Assembly (NCBI RefSeq): GCF_004010195.1
Contig: NC_057751.1
Coordinates: 9,431,611 to 9,495,610 of the forward strand
From: Chiloscyllium plagiosum
Lineage: Eukaryota
Reading direction: 5' to 3'
Length of the DNA: 64,000 bases
Position numbers and translations under genes: made by a program. Each line of letters begins with the position of its first letter. Within the stretch, counting starts at the first letter, position 1. Under the pieces are notes generated by a model. The model made no database searches. It saw nothing but the letters and a program-made list of their open reading frames with translations, and was not told the DNA's origin. This document shows positions 13,037 to 26,459 of the stretch, in pieces.

Positions 13037-15124
13037 TTTGACATAGAGAATCTAGAGAGCCCATTTTTTTCTGCTTTTCTGACCATGTTTCAGTCCACTT
13101 CAGCCTCATATTTCTCTTGAGAGGAATCAATTTGATTCGAGAGCCGAAGTCAACCCCGTCTGACTGTTAACTTGTGCTGCAAGCTGCAAACACTGATGTT
13201 TCATACCAAACAATCAGTTGACACTATTCAAAAAAAGTGGGTAAAAGAGCTGAAGTGGCAGCTAGAGAATGGAAAGAATCAAACAAGAGACATTCATAAT
13301 GGTTCATAATAGCGATGGCTGTGTTTGAATCATGGTTGGCAGTTCAGTTTTAACACGGAACTTTGCAAACGATTCCTCACTCATTTGAGAGATGAAAAGT
13401 GAGGTAGTTCACATACTGATGACAGTGCCAACTGCAACAGCCACCCATCAGCAGTCACAAAGAGTTGAGGCAATCTGGAGGCCTGAGGTTGATGTTGTTT
13501 GATCAAACTCCTGCACCATTGGAAATCACATGTTAGAGGAAACTGTATCACACATTTTTGCTTCAAACCTTGCTCTGTTCAAATGCGTTGCCCTGCTGTT
13601 TCCTAGAGACAGATCCTTCAGCTATCTCATTGGAGGACTCTTCCACGGTAAAAGAACACAACTCACCATTTCGAAACCAAACTTTAGTGTTAAAGTATTT
13701 CCTCACACTTACCTCACAATAAAAATGAAATCTTTTGTCTCAGTCTTGAGTTTTTTTATGAATCTTGAAATCATGGATATAGGTGGTATTAACAAATGCC
13801 AACTGCATGTATTTGTACATAAACATGAAGTTTAACACCTTCATTGAAAAGACCAAAACTGCACAAGTCCTACTGTGAGGCAATATTCTCAATATGCAAA
13901 ATGAAACCGTAAAAATGTATTTCTGAATCAAGTAATGTACACAGACATTTGTTTCAAAACAACATTATTTGAAGAAATTTATTTTAAATGTTAATTCCCT
14001 ATTCCAATGATGCAACAGTTTGTGTCAAAAGGGTAACAATGTAGGGGTACAGGAGGAATGGGACTAACTAAAACTGAATAAAACCAGCAGCAATTTCTCA
14101 GGAGACAGACACCTGAATATATTTGCAGTGCAGCAGTTTCTTCTGTCCTTACAGCAATGATTCTGCTGAACATCACACATTCTTACCACAATATATCACA
14201 TAACATTAATATGAAAGCTCCATTTTACAATATTTGTGATAAGACAGGAAACAGCACACAGCAAGTGTTGAAGAGGGGCTGTTGGCAAATCACTGAATTC
14301 AGAGAAATTGTTGACCAGTGCTGTTCACAAGTTAGCTCTGAGTAAATACAATTAAGGCAATTAACATAAAGGTTCAAAGATAATCTAGTATGTCTGGTGG
14401 AATCCGAGCCTACAAGCAGTTCAAATTGGCCACAGCCACCAACCTGCAGTGACCCAACTGCTTTCCTCATGGTTTGAACACTCAGCAGATAGCAACTGCA
14501 TCACTTTTTTCAAATGGGCAGAGTGGTGATGTCACATGGTATAAATGCGATTTTAATCCAGAGACTGGGTAAAGAAAATGTGGCAAGCTCAGATGAGAAG
14601 TTGTGGCCAGAAGAGGTCTTTGGAGGTACTATTGTTGTCTTCTCCCTAACATCCACTTTCAGCACTCAAGATATTTTCTATCTAATCAACTGGTTCAGAG
14701 ACATCAGAATTTACACACCTCTGGAGAAGCGGGGACTTGAACCCAGGGATACCACTGCACCACGAGAACCTTGTTTCTTCATGTATACTGGCCATTAAAC
14801 CACACCAAACCATCCCCATTCGACCCAACTTGCAATCTCATTGTAGGGCACCATCAGTTTGGATCCCAAGTGGCAACCTCCTGCCTACCGCCATTTAACT
14901 CTCCTGCCCAATTCCAATGAAACAGTCATGGCCTGTGCAGTTGAGCTTCAGGAATTAAAATCTCAAAGGACTGTGGAGGTCTGACTGGTAAACCATTCGC
15001 TTCATGTTAATTGCATACGAAGCTCCAGCCTTCCATATCCCCACACCCCACAATATACACATGGGAGTTAAAGTCAAATCCTTTTGCTTTGCTTTCATAT
15101 CAGTGCATAAACTAAACAGGCCCT

Positions 15125-15130
15125 TTTATT
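15125..15130 (-). terminator. Candidate polyadenylation signal for TMED4 (another at 13978-13983)
   Basis: AATAAA on the minus strand about 790 bp downstream of the stop codon; usage not demonstrable from sequence. Confidence 0.35.
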
Positions 15131-15917
15131 AATACAAGAAAGCTCACTTCAAGTAAGAGAAGATACCTTATGGATTCCCTTCCATATCCCGCATCACTCA
15201 ACATACATACAAAACAACCAGTTCCCAAAGAAAGCAGAGCACATCATGAGTGATTCCAAACCTTCACCATACCATTCTCCTCAGAAAGAAAGACCAGGAA
15301 TCATCGATAGAGGAGGATTAGAGTTCTACAATTCCACAAACAAATCTGGGTTCAAGGGTTACCTTTCACAAAATGGCTGCAAAAAAATTCTTCCCTTCAA
15401 TATAAATTCATCAATACATTTATGTATTGATGTCATGTTTGCTTCAGCAGTTTTGTTGGTTTGTAAGAAATGATAAGAAGTTAGCCAGACTCCCAGCAAA
15501 TAAAATTTATGAGCTGGATGGGATAACATTGTTTGGGTTCTCACAAATAGACAAATAGACAAAGTCAGGAAAGAACCCTTTGAAATCAAGTTATTCGCAA
15601 GTATTTGCTGAGACTTTTCACAAATCTGAAACACATGATAAGTAGGGAACAGCTCCCACCTTCAATCAACAATGACCAGTTAATTTATAAAGCAACACAT
15701 TTTTTTTCAAATATATCAGAGATTCCTGCATGAACTGTTCCATGATAGCCTCACTCAAGTTACCATAATTAGAAGATACAGAATCAAACATCACCCCTTC
15801 GATTTCTAGAACAGCTTCAAGTACAACAAATGTAAAGTTACATTAAATAGCGAGTCACTGAGGATGGAAGGTTGAGTTTGTTGCCACGTCCTTGCAATGA
15901 CAGCAGGTGACAGGTGT

Positions 15918-16067
15918 CTACACCAGTTTCTTCGCCTCAAAGAAGCTTTTCAGGTGTTTCATTTGCCAGATTCCAGTTAGGATCAGGATAATTGTCTGCG
16001 CAATCGACCACCACAGGACTCGTTGGTTTGTGCTTTCACTTGTCTGCCGAAATCGCTCTTCTCTGTA
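15918..16067 (-). CDS. TMED4: TMED4 (p24 alpha family cargo receptor), last coding exon 5
   Basis: atacag|TAC...; [49 protein letters not shown] contains the TM helix plus FF and KKxx sorting motifs. Confidence 0.97.
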   Translation of the reverse strand, partial: YREERFRQTSESTNQRVLWWSIAQTIILILTGIWQMKHLKSFFEAKKLV

Positions 16068-16689
16068 CTGTATGAAGCAGTGAAAAAAAGAAAAGAATTA
16101 AAATCTGCCACAAACTAAGGGGTGGAAACATTCTATCACACAGGAATAAAAAGGCAAGCTCAGTTGACAAGGTTACTGATTCAAGATCTCAGATTCAATT
16201 GCTTGACTGGGCTGAGGTGGCTGATGTTTTTGGGGTAGCAGGTGACAAAGAAGTGGCAGTGAGGACAAAGAAACTCGGTTGGGCCAAACTGCCTGTTTCC
16301 TTGTTCTAAATTTAATACATGCATTTCTATTTCTTGTGGAGTGCATCACGATAAGTCCTGCATTCCTGGGCCAGGAAAGCAGGAGGAAAATGTCTAAGGG
16401 TTTCTGTTCTTGAATGCCATCAGCCAAGACCATTGTAAAGTGCACATCTGATCAGGACAAAGATAAGCTTCAAACTCTGCACAGGTGAGCTTCTAAATAC
16501 TCCCTACTTGGCTTGGTCATGTGAGTGAGATACTGGAAGAGGCCACTGCTTATCTGACTGAACAGAGTGTCTGCATCAACTGGGAAGTAAAATAAAACAC
16601 AATGGACAGTTATTATAAATTTAAAAACTCTGCATGAATGACAGACCTGAAAAATAACTGGTAGCTGCAATAATGAAAACCTCACCTAG

Positions 16690-17272
16690 ACGAAAATGGA
16701 GTATTTTCTGGTTTGGCCACTTCTGGAACACTGTGTTCAATTCTTACATCAGGTGTCCCTGATATAAGAAATATGTTCGGAAACTTGAAAGGGTTCAGAA
16801 AAGATGTAGATCGATGCTGCTAGGGGTGGATGGTTTGACCTATAGGGAAAGGCTGAATAGGTTGGGCTGTTTTCCCTGGAGCATCGGAGGCTGAGGGCTG
16901 ACCTTACAGAGATTTATAAAATCATGAGGGGTATAGATAGGTGAATACTCAAGACCTTTTTCCCAGGGTAGGAGACTCCAAAACTAGAGGGCATAGGTTT
17001 AAGGTTAGGGGGAGAAAAGATTTAAAAGGGACCTAAAGGGCAACTATTCACGCAGGGGTGGTGGGTGTATGGAATGATTTACCAGATGAGGTGATGGAGG
17101 CTGGTATGATTACAATATTTAGAAGGCATCTGCATAGTTATTTGAACAGGAAGCGTTTAGAGGGAAATGGGCCAGATGCTGGCAAATGGGATGAGATTAA
17201 TTTAGGATATTTGGGGAATGAACAAATTGAACCAAAGGGTCTGTTTCCATGCTGCACATCTCCATGACTCTT
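16690..17272 (+). mobile_element. CR1 LINE 3' fragment
   Basis: Degenerate ORF2 C-terminus (...VVGVWNDLPDEVMEAG...) and CR1 tail. Confidence 0.85.
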
Positions 17273-17759
17273 CATGCAGAAACTACACATGAAAAGAGAC
17301 AGCACTTTCTAAAGATGGTGGAATGATTAGAAAAAGGCCCTGCAAGGCCCTGCAACTGGTTTGAATGCAGTCTGACATCGAGTCAGAGAGACCCATAAAC
17401 CATATGCCATTTAAAAAATTCAAAGCACCATGCCCTAAATAGAAACTGCACTGAACATGCTCAATAAGATTGGTTCATAGGTCACATTCAATCACTATTG
17501 CAATGCTGTTTCCATTCATTTCTACACGTAGTCTGTTTCTGAACAAAATTCAATTTTGCAGTTGTTGAAGATCACTGACTTGGTTAAACATTGCTGGGGA
17601 GCTTGAGATCCATGTCAATCACTCTGCTGCATTCTGATCAAAGAGTAGCATTTGTTGATCTGGTTTCCCACCAGTTCATTTCAGAAAAGTATCCCCACAT
17701 TTTCAGGAAAGGGCTGTTACATTCCTGGGGCACAGCTTGCTCTTCACTCACTCACTCAC

Positions 17760-17906
17760 CCTCTGGTAGTTTTGTTCTTTCTGAATTTGCTCAACTTGGT
17801 CCAACAGCTGCCGGACTCGGAGCTGCAATTCAGTCAGCTTATCCTTTGCAGCAATTTCTGGGTAGTTGTTGGCATGTTCCCCCACTTGGATGTCAAGGTG
17901 AACTCG
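17760..17906 (-). CDS. TMED4: TMED4 exon 4 (coiled-coil region)
   Basis: ttttag|CGA...AGG|gtgagt. [49 protein letters not shown]; the NNYPE and LLDQ residues favour TMED4 over TMED9. Confidence 0.97.
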
Positions 17907-18062
17907 CTAAAACAGACGAAAGACAGAGTAAGAAAACAATTCACTTATACATACAAGTAATATTACACTTTACTTCTGTAATATAATCATTCCACCTCAC
18001 CTGCCTTTCCTGAAGAGACATATTCAATGATGAGGCATCAAGGCATATGTACTGGAAGATTT

Positions 18063-18550
18063 GAGTCAGAGAGTCATACAGCATGGAAACAGACCCTTCA
18101 GTCCAACCAGTCCATGCCAACCATAATCCCAAATTAAACTAGTTCCATCTGACTACGCTTGGCCCATTTCAGTCCAAACATCTTTTATTCATGTACAGAT
18201 CTCAGTGTCTTTTAAATATTGTAACTGTGCATGTATCCACAACTTCCTCTGAAAGTTCACTCCACACAAACCATTCTGCATAAAAAAGTTGCTCCTCATA
18301 TATTTTAAAACATTTTTCTCCTCTCATCTTAAAAGTACGCCCCCGAGTCTTGAAATCCCTCAGCCTCGGGAAAAGACACCTGCCATTCACCTTATTGATA
18401 CCCCTCATGATATTACAAACATGTAAAAGGTCATCTCTCAACCTCCTGCACTCCAGTGATAGAAGTCGCAGCCTACCTAGCCTCTCCTTGTACCTGAATC
18501 CCTCTCTTCCGGTAATGTCCTCGTAAATCTCTTCTGAGCCCTCTCCAGTT
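18063..18550 (-). mobile_element. CR1 LINE 3' fragment
   Basis: ORF2 C-terminal remnants (ORF 18202..18441) and CR1 tail. Confidence 0.85.
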
Positions 18551-18551
18551 C

Positions 18552-21370
18552 AGAACACAAAACATCGAACAGTACGGCACAGTATAGGCTCTTCAGCCCT
18601 CGATGTTGTGCCAACCTTTTATCCTACTCTAAGATCAGACTAACCTACATATCCTTCATTGTACTGTCATCCATGTGCCTATCCAAGAGTCGCTTAAATG
18701 CCCGATGTCTCTGAACCCACTACTACCGCTGGCAGTGCATTCCACACACTCACCACTCTCTGTGTAAAGAAGCGACCTGTGACATCTCCCCTAAACCATC
18801 CTCTGATTACCTTCAAATTACGCCCCGACGTGATAGACATTTCCGCCATGGGAAAAAGTCTCTGGCTATCTTTCTACGCCTCTCAACATCTCTGTACACC
18901 TCGATCAAGTCACCTCTCATCCTTCTTTGCTCCAATGAGAAAAGCCTTACCTCCCTCAGCCATTCTTCATATCACAAATCCAGGGCAGCATCCTGGTAAA
19001 TCTCCTCTGCACACTCTCTGAAGCTTCCACATCCTTCTGATACTGAGGTAACCAGAACTGAACATAATATTCCAGTGCTCTATAGAGCTGCAGCACAACC
19101 TCACAGCTCTTAAATTCAATACCCTGCTAATGAAAGCCAACACACCATGTGCGTTCTCAATAACTCTCTCAACTTGGGTGTCAACTTTGAGAGATCTATG
19201 GACATGGACCCCAAGATTCCTCTCTTCCTCCACACTGCCAAGAATCCTGCCTTTAACCCTGTATTCTGCATCCAAATTGACCTTCCAAAATGAATGACTC
19301 CACATTTTTCCAGGTTGAACTCCATCCGCCACTCATCAGGCTAGTCCTGTATCCGATCAATATCCCATTGCAATCTAAAACAGCCCTCCGCACTATCCAC
19401 AACTCCACCAACCTTTGTGTCATTGGCAAACTTACTAACCCACACTTTCACTTCCTCATCCAAGTCATTCATAAAAATCACAACGAACAGAGATCCCAGA
19501 ACAGATCCCTGCAGAACACCACTGGTCACCAAGCTCCAGGCTGAATAATTTCCATTTCACACCCCTGTTTTCTATGGTCCAGCCAATTCTGTATCCAGAC
19601 AGCCAGAGTTCCCTGTATGCCATGCCTCCTTACTTTCTGAATGAGCCTACCATGGGGAACCTTATGAAACACCTTGCTAAAATTCATGTATACCACATCC
19701 ATTGCTCTACCTTCATCAACATGTTTTGTTACACCCTCAAAAAATTCATTAAGGCTTATGAGGCATGACCTGCCCCTCACAAAGCCACGCTGACTATCTC
19801 TAATCAAACTATGGTGTTCCAAGTAGTCACAAATCCTGTCTGTCAGAATCCTCTCCAATACTTTGCCCACCACTGATGTAAGACTGACTGGTCTGTAATT
19901 CCCAGGATTATCCATACTCCCTTTCTTGAACAAGCAAATAACATTTGCCACCCTCCAACCATCTGCCACTACTCCAGTGGTCAGTGAGGACACAAAGATC
20001 ACCACCAGAAGCACAGTAATCTCTTCCCTCACTTCCTATAGTAACCTCGGGAAGATCCCAACTGGCCCAGGTGATTTATCTATCCTTCGGTTTTTCAAAG
20101 TTTTCAGCACATCCTCCTTCCCAACATCAACTTGTTCGAGCATATTAGCCTGTTTCACACTATCCTCAGAAAAGTCAAGGTCCCTCTCAGTAGTGAACAC
20201 TGAAACAAAGTTTTCATTAAAGACCTTCTCTACTTCTCCCGACGCCAGGCACAAGTTCCCTCCACTATCCCTAATCAGCCCTATCCTCACACTGGCCATC
20301 CTCTTGTTCCTCACGTAAGTGTTGACTACCTTAAGTTTTCCTTAATCCTACCTGCTGAAGTTTTATCGTGCCCTCTTCTGACTCTTCGAAGTTCATTCTT
20401 CAGTTCCTTCCTGGTTACCTTGTAACCCTCTAAAGTCTTGTCTGAACGTTGCCTCCTCAACATTAAGTAAGCTTCCTTCTTTCTCTTGACGAGATGTTCC
20501 ACATCCCTTGTCACCCAAGGTTCTTTCAACCTCCCATCCCTTCCGTCCCTCAGTGGGACAAACCTATTCAGCACAATCAGCAAATGCTTCCGAAACAATC
20601 TCCATATTTCCCTGAGAATACCTGCTCCCAATTTATGCTCCACAGTTCCTGCCTAATAGCATTGTAATTCTCCATCCTCCAGATAAATACTTTTCCGTAC
20701 CGTCTGCACCTAACCCTCTCCATGACTATGTCAAGGTCAGGGTGTTGTGGTCACTCTCACCGAAGTGCTCTCTCACCGAGAGACCTGACACCTGCTCTGG
20801 TTCATTGCCAAGCACGAAATCCAATAATGCCTCTCCTCTTGTCAGCCTATACATGTTTAGTCAGGAACCCTTCCTGGACACACCTGACAAAAACTGCTCC
20901 ATCCAAACTGTTTAAATGAAAGAAGTTCCAATCAATATTAGGGAAGTTAAAGTCACCCATGACAACAATCCTGTTACTTCTGCACCTTTCCAAAATCTGG
21001 CTCCCCTCCTCTATGTCTCTGTTGCTATTGGTAGGTCTGTGGAAAACTCCCAATAAAGTTACTGCTCCTTTCCTGTTTCTGACTTCTACGAATACTGACT
21101 CAGTAGACAAATCCTCCTCAATGACCTTCCTTTCTGCAGCCGAGATACAGTCCCCGATTAGAAATGCCACTCCCCCACCTCTTTTACCTCCCTCCCTATT
21201 CCTTTTAAAATATCTAAACGCTGGAACAGCCAAGTCTCTGTAATGGCCACAACATCATAGCTCCAAGCAGTGATCCATGCCCTAAGTTCATCACCCGTAT
21301 TCCTGATACCTCTTGCATTAAAAACAGCCCAGTTCTGCCACTTCAACCCATCACACTGCCTGCACCTTTG
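18552..21370 (-). mobile_element. Long CR1 LINE covering nearly all of ORF2 (APE endonuclease and RT), disrupted
   Basis: EN motifs NARGI, VVAITETWL, GGGVA, MGDFNFPNIDW. RT motifs NYRPVSLTSVVGK, SGVLQGSVLG, KFANDTK. Multiple frameshifts and stops. Confidence 0.95.
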
Positions 21371-21534
21371 CCCTATAAGTACCTCACCTCTTCATAGACT
21401 CTCTGCACACTGTATCTGGCTGTTCACTGCCTACTCCATCATCTAATCAGATTTACTTAATAGACATCACCTTTAATTCCAGATTTATTGAACTACCTAG
21501 ACTGAAACTGCTGCTCAGCTTCTGCAGTTCAGAA

Positions 21535-21755
21535 GTTCTGAAGAGGGGTTAGTGGACCCAAATGTTAACTTTGCCTTCTCTCCACAGCTGCTGCCAACCT
21601 GCTGAGTTTTTATGGCACTTTGTCTCTGAAGAGGTCTGAAGAAGGTTTACTAGACCCAAAATGTTAACTCTGCTTTCTCTCCACAGTTGCTGCCAGACCT
21701 GCTGAGTGTTTTTCGGCAATTTGCTTTTATTTCTGATTTCCAGCCTCTGCTGTTC
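21535..21755 (+). mobile_element. Tandem pair of degenerate Penelope-type terminal repeats
   Basis: Two direct copies of CTGAAGA...GACCC(A)AAATGTTAACT.TGC..TCTCTCCACAG.TGCTGCCA..CCTGCTGAG; a related copy at about 11603-11735. Confidence 0.6.
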
Positions 21756-22647
21756 TTTCGCATTTTCCCCCCAAATATAAACCCCTGCTCTTCTTTGAAA
21801 CAGCATCACTGGATTTTTTTTAAAACTTTCAACCATCCTGGGGTCCTCAATACAACATTTCATTTGAAATGTATTATTCCTTCTGTACTGCACTTAATCA
21901 GCAGCTTTGTTTCTATGATCGAGCCTTGACGTGGGCATAATAACCGGAACCAAATCATTCACAGGAACATGTGCAATCAAATGAACCACAACCGACAAGA
22001 ACCTCCTGGTTAACATCAGTGGTTTGGTACTGATCCATTCCTCTCTGGTGTGTATGACTCAGTATCACACCACCTGTACACAGCCATGAAAACGTGGGTT
22101 GCAAAAGTATTGAAGGAACTGTGCCTCCTGTGGGGCAATGAGAACATTGCAAAACAAAGCCAAGTTTGATCCAAGGAAAATAACTAGCAATAATCAGCAA
22201 TTAGAAACATGCACTCACGCTGAAAACACTTTCTAAAAAGCCCAGAGCTTGCTACATTTAAGAGGGTGAAAATTGCTGAAAAGGGTTCTCATCAGACACA
22301 GTCAATAAGCTAAATTGTAACGTACACAGTATTACTGCCAGAAAAAATATTTCTTACAATGTATCGATATAAATGCTGAATATTATGTGCTCAAGGATTC
22401 CTTCAAACTTTACGTCTGGAGCGAGCTGGCGAATCTCTCAACAGGACTTTTGAATAAAACATATTACAAACAGCAGTGAAGCACAAGTTTATAAATTACT
22501 GCAGTCTCAGTTAATAATTGGCTGAGTCCTAAACTTGGGTCCAGCTAGAGTATGCAATACTTTGTCAAGTTTAAGACACCAATGTCAGTTTCAGAGCATA
22601 AACAAAACCTTTTCTTCAAGATGGTGCATCCAAAGCCCAATTCTTAC

Positions 22648-22773
22648 CAGCTTGCCCCCTGCAAACAATGACATCTTTGTGGAGTTGGAGTGCAGACAGA
22701 TTTGATGTTCACCAGGAGTGTGTGATGTGAAGGTAAATCGGCCCTCCGAGCCATACTGTCGGGAAAGGATAAC
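22648..22773 (-). CDS. TMED4: TMED4 exon 3 (GOLD domain)
   Basis: tttccag|GTT...CTG|gtaaga. [42 protein letters not shown]. Confidence 0.97.
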
Positions 22774-23112
22774 CTGGAAATTGGAAGAACCAGTCAGTTA
22801 ACAGTGGAGAAGTCAAAAAATGCTCAATTTCCCAATTCTGTTTCACAGAAAACACAAATAAGCAAGCAGTCCTTTGAGGGAAGGGAACTGATCTCCTTTT
22901 AATTTTAAATTAGATAATTTTTTATGGCTGAATGACATTAAGGCAGTGTTCTGGTTTCCTGAGCACTGACATTTTCTGGAGTGTGATTCTAAATGTAACA
23001 AGACACTATTTTATCACAGATCCGTGACTGAATCTACTCACAGGTACTTTCTGTTCCAGAGCACGAAAATAAAATCAGTAGGAAAGTCATAGGATGGGTT
23101 TCTTCTCTCTCA

Positions 23113-23426
23113 GAAGAAAGTGAGGACTGAAGATGCTGGAGATCAGAGCTGAAAATGTGTTGCTGGAAAAGCGCAGCAGGTCAGGCAGCATCCAAGGAGC
23201 AGGAGAATCGACGTTTTGGGCATGAGCCCTTCTTCAGGAATGAGGAAAGTGTGTCCCGTAGGCTAAGATAAAAGGTAGGGAGGAGGGACTTGGGAGAGGG
23301 GCGTTGGAAATGCGATCGCATTTCCAAAGCCCCTCTCCCAAGTCCCTCCTTCCTACCTTTTATCTTAGCCTGCAGGACATACTTTCCTCATTCCTGAAGA
23401 AGGGCTCATGCCCGAAACGTCGATTC
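23113..23426. mobile_element. Penelope-like fold-back insertion, family A
   Basis: Spacerless palindrome centred on GCGATCGC (23312-23319), arms about 111 bp (23205-23426); intact hammerhead core on + at 23394-23421. Confidence 0.85.
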
Positions 23427-23559
23427 GCCTTCTCCTTGGGTGCCTTTCTTCACTCTCAAGCAAGCTCATTCAAACTTACTGGAATTCTTTCACTGTCTTC
23501 ACAGCTGAGATCAGCCAGCTCAAGACAACCCACCAAATCTGCAGGACTAATTTTTCTTT

Positions 23560-24740
23560 TAAATTCTGTTTTGGCATGTGCACATCACTGCCCAACCCTA
23601 ATTAAAACTGAGAACGTCATGATAAGATGCCTTCTTTCTGGTGTAGATACATTCACAATATTGTTAGGAAGGGAATTTCAACATTTTCACTCAATGACAT
23701 TCAAGAAGGGTTATGTCGTGAGTCAGGCCAGCATGTGGCATGGAGGGGAACTTACAGATCATGGTTTTCCCATTCATCTCCTGCCCCATCCTTCCACATG
23801 ATAAAGGTTGCAGGAAATGCATTAATAAGTTGTTATCGTGAATCTTGTACAGGCTGCTACTACTGTGGCGATGGAGTGAATGCATCTTGAATATGGGGTA
23901 CCATTTAAGTCGATTGGTTGGATGGTATCAAGCTTCTTGATTGTTACAAGAAATGCAGTGATTCATGCTAAGTGGACTGCATTCTAGCACATTGCTGACA
24001 TGTGCCTTGCAGATGATGAACAGGCTCTGGGGAGTGAGCAATTAAGCTACTTGCTGCAGGATTCCTAATCTCTGACCAGCTCTTGTGTTGATATGGCTTG
24101 GGCCATTTCAGTTTCCGGTCAATAGTGATGATGTTGTTCACATGGGACTCAGTGATGCCAATGTCATTGAAAGTCAAGGAGAGTAATTAGATTCTCTCTT
24201 GTTGGAGATATTCATTGTCTGGCACTTGTGTGCTCCTTGGCCTTGATCAGCCTTGTTGTTGTCCAAGCTTTGCTGAACATGTCCATGGACTGTTTCAGTG
24301 CCTGAGGAGTGCAAATGGTGCTGAACATGGCACAATCATCAGCAAATAACTCCACTTGTGACCTTACATTGGTGGGAATGTTGCTCAACGTAAGGACACT
24401 AATCCGAGGAATTATTGGAGCATTATCCGAAATGATTGAGCCCTAACAAGGAGATACGTTTATGTTAGACATGATTTCACACATTGGAGAATTTTTCTGA
24501 TTTCCCACCAATCAAGTTATATGGTACTGAGACTCATTGATGCTATTCTGTCAAATAGTGTCCTGATTGCAAGGGCACTCACTTTTACTTTTCTTCTGCA
24601 CTTCATGACATTTGTCTCTGTTGGGACCAAGTTTTTGAAGAGGTCAGGTGCTGAGTAGTCCTGTCATTCTGGCCATCATTATTTCATCCACCAGAGGAAC
24701 TCTGCTCCAATTCTTGTGAATTCATCTTTGCTAAGCGTTT
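23560..24740 (-). mobile_element. Old L2/CR1-group LINE fragment
   Basis: Remnants 'ITIDRKLKW...YKAHV' and a 3' tail shared with the local tRNA-SINEs; heavily decayed. Confidence 0.5.
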
Positions 24741-25349
24741 CCACTGGGACATTTGCCCAATAGTGTTTAGAAATGCAGTTCCAAGTTGAGTTTTACACTC
24801 AAAGTTGAGATTGTCACACAAGCAGCATTGCTTGGGAGTCATACACTGGCATTGAACCAGATGATCACTTTCACGTGCTCATTGTTATGTTTAAGATCTG
24901 AAATGACATATTGTCTGCAAGATGAAACAATCATCTGTACCTACTGTAATATTTAAGAAAGAAAGCTGTGTATTATTTAAAATGTGTTTAGCATGGTTGA
25001 TTACAGGGACTTATCACCAACACCCTGTTAACTTCTGATGACAGTCTGTAATTTTACAATGAAGCCCCACACAGAAGTGAAAGGCGATTTTCAACTGAAG
25101 CTCCACATCTGGTAAATGACAACACCATGTTAACTACATCAAAGCAGGAGTTAATTGCTTATTTTACAAAACAGCCTGTAAATTTACATAATGTGCAAAT
25201 GTACATTGCTGAGGGTAATACTGGATAATGTCTGATCAAAGTAATTTGTGTTCTGTACTCCAGCATTCTTTCCTCCAACAAGGATAACTGTAATGTTTAT
25301 TATGTTCCAACCTCTTATGTACATATCCAAAATCCAAGTGGCATTATAC

Positions 25350-25450
25350 CTTGAAGTCGGGATCCCGTACTTCCACGTGCATCCCCAACCCTGGAGTTGA
25401 GGGCAGAAAAGATTCTGACTGCTTATCCCAGAGCTGAGTCCGGTAATTAC
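25350..25450 (-). CDS. TMED4: TMED4 exon 2 (GOLD domain)
   Basis: gattcag|GT...AAG|gtataa. [44 protein letters not shown] and MHVEV match TMED4. Confidence 0.97.
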
Positions 25451-26459
25451 CTGAATCAAACATTTGAAAAATAGTCACTTTGAAAGAACAGCACAGTATT
25501 TTGCTATCCCCTCTACTTCATTCACCCTATCAGTTTAATCTTATCTTATTTTCTCTCCAGTTTCTCTTTAAATGCATTTATGCTGTTCACTTCGGCTATT
25601 ACTTACAATTACTTGGACATTCTGGTCCAACAACCTTCTGGCTAAAGACGTTTCTCCTGAATTCTGTATTGGATTTCTCAATGACTACATTTTATTTATG
25701 TCATGAGTTGCCACCCCCATAAATTACTGTAAACGGCTCTAGATTCTGCAGATTCTTGTCCACGGACGGCGAGGCACGTGGGATGCACAACAGGAGCAAC
25801 AGGGAATGCTGCTGTTGGAGGTGACAATTTGGGAGAACTCTATTTTTGCGCATTGTTTGATAATCCATAAACTCAACTCAACCTGAAAAGCTCAGCCATT
25901 GGTATGTGTTACATTATGAATATGCATTCGAAATTAAAAGGATGTCATTAAATAGCGAAGTTCACAAATCAGGAGTTGACTTCTGCATTACATGAATACA
26001 AATTGCTGATGTGGATAATATTAATGAGGGGATTACCCAATTGGATGATTATAAAGTTATACAGCTGATAAACTCAGTTCATTTATATTGGCTAGCATTT
26101 GTATTCAAATCGAAACCTTACTCTGTGACTTGAAAGCACAACTCTTCCCTGGTGACATTTTACTGTCTCTGCATTTCTATGATCATCCATTTGCTTCAGT
26201 GGTTGCATGTCAGAAATTTGGAGGCACACTGGCTAAATACTAGACATCCTCTGCACAACTGGTGTCATCCTTAAAAGTCAAGCAATGAAGGGGGCCAATT
26301 CCTGCATATTGCCAGGCATCCTGTGCAGGTCACAAGCCCAAACTGCACAATGTGCATCACAAAGTCCAAGGGACTGCAACTGACTATGGGCCAGTAGAGG
26401 CCACAATGTCATGTCATTTCTATGACAATGTCACAATTCCCAGTGCTATCCAATTTGGG

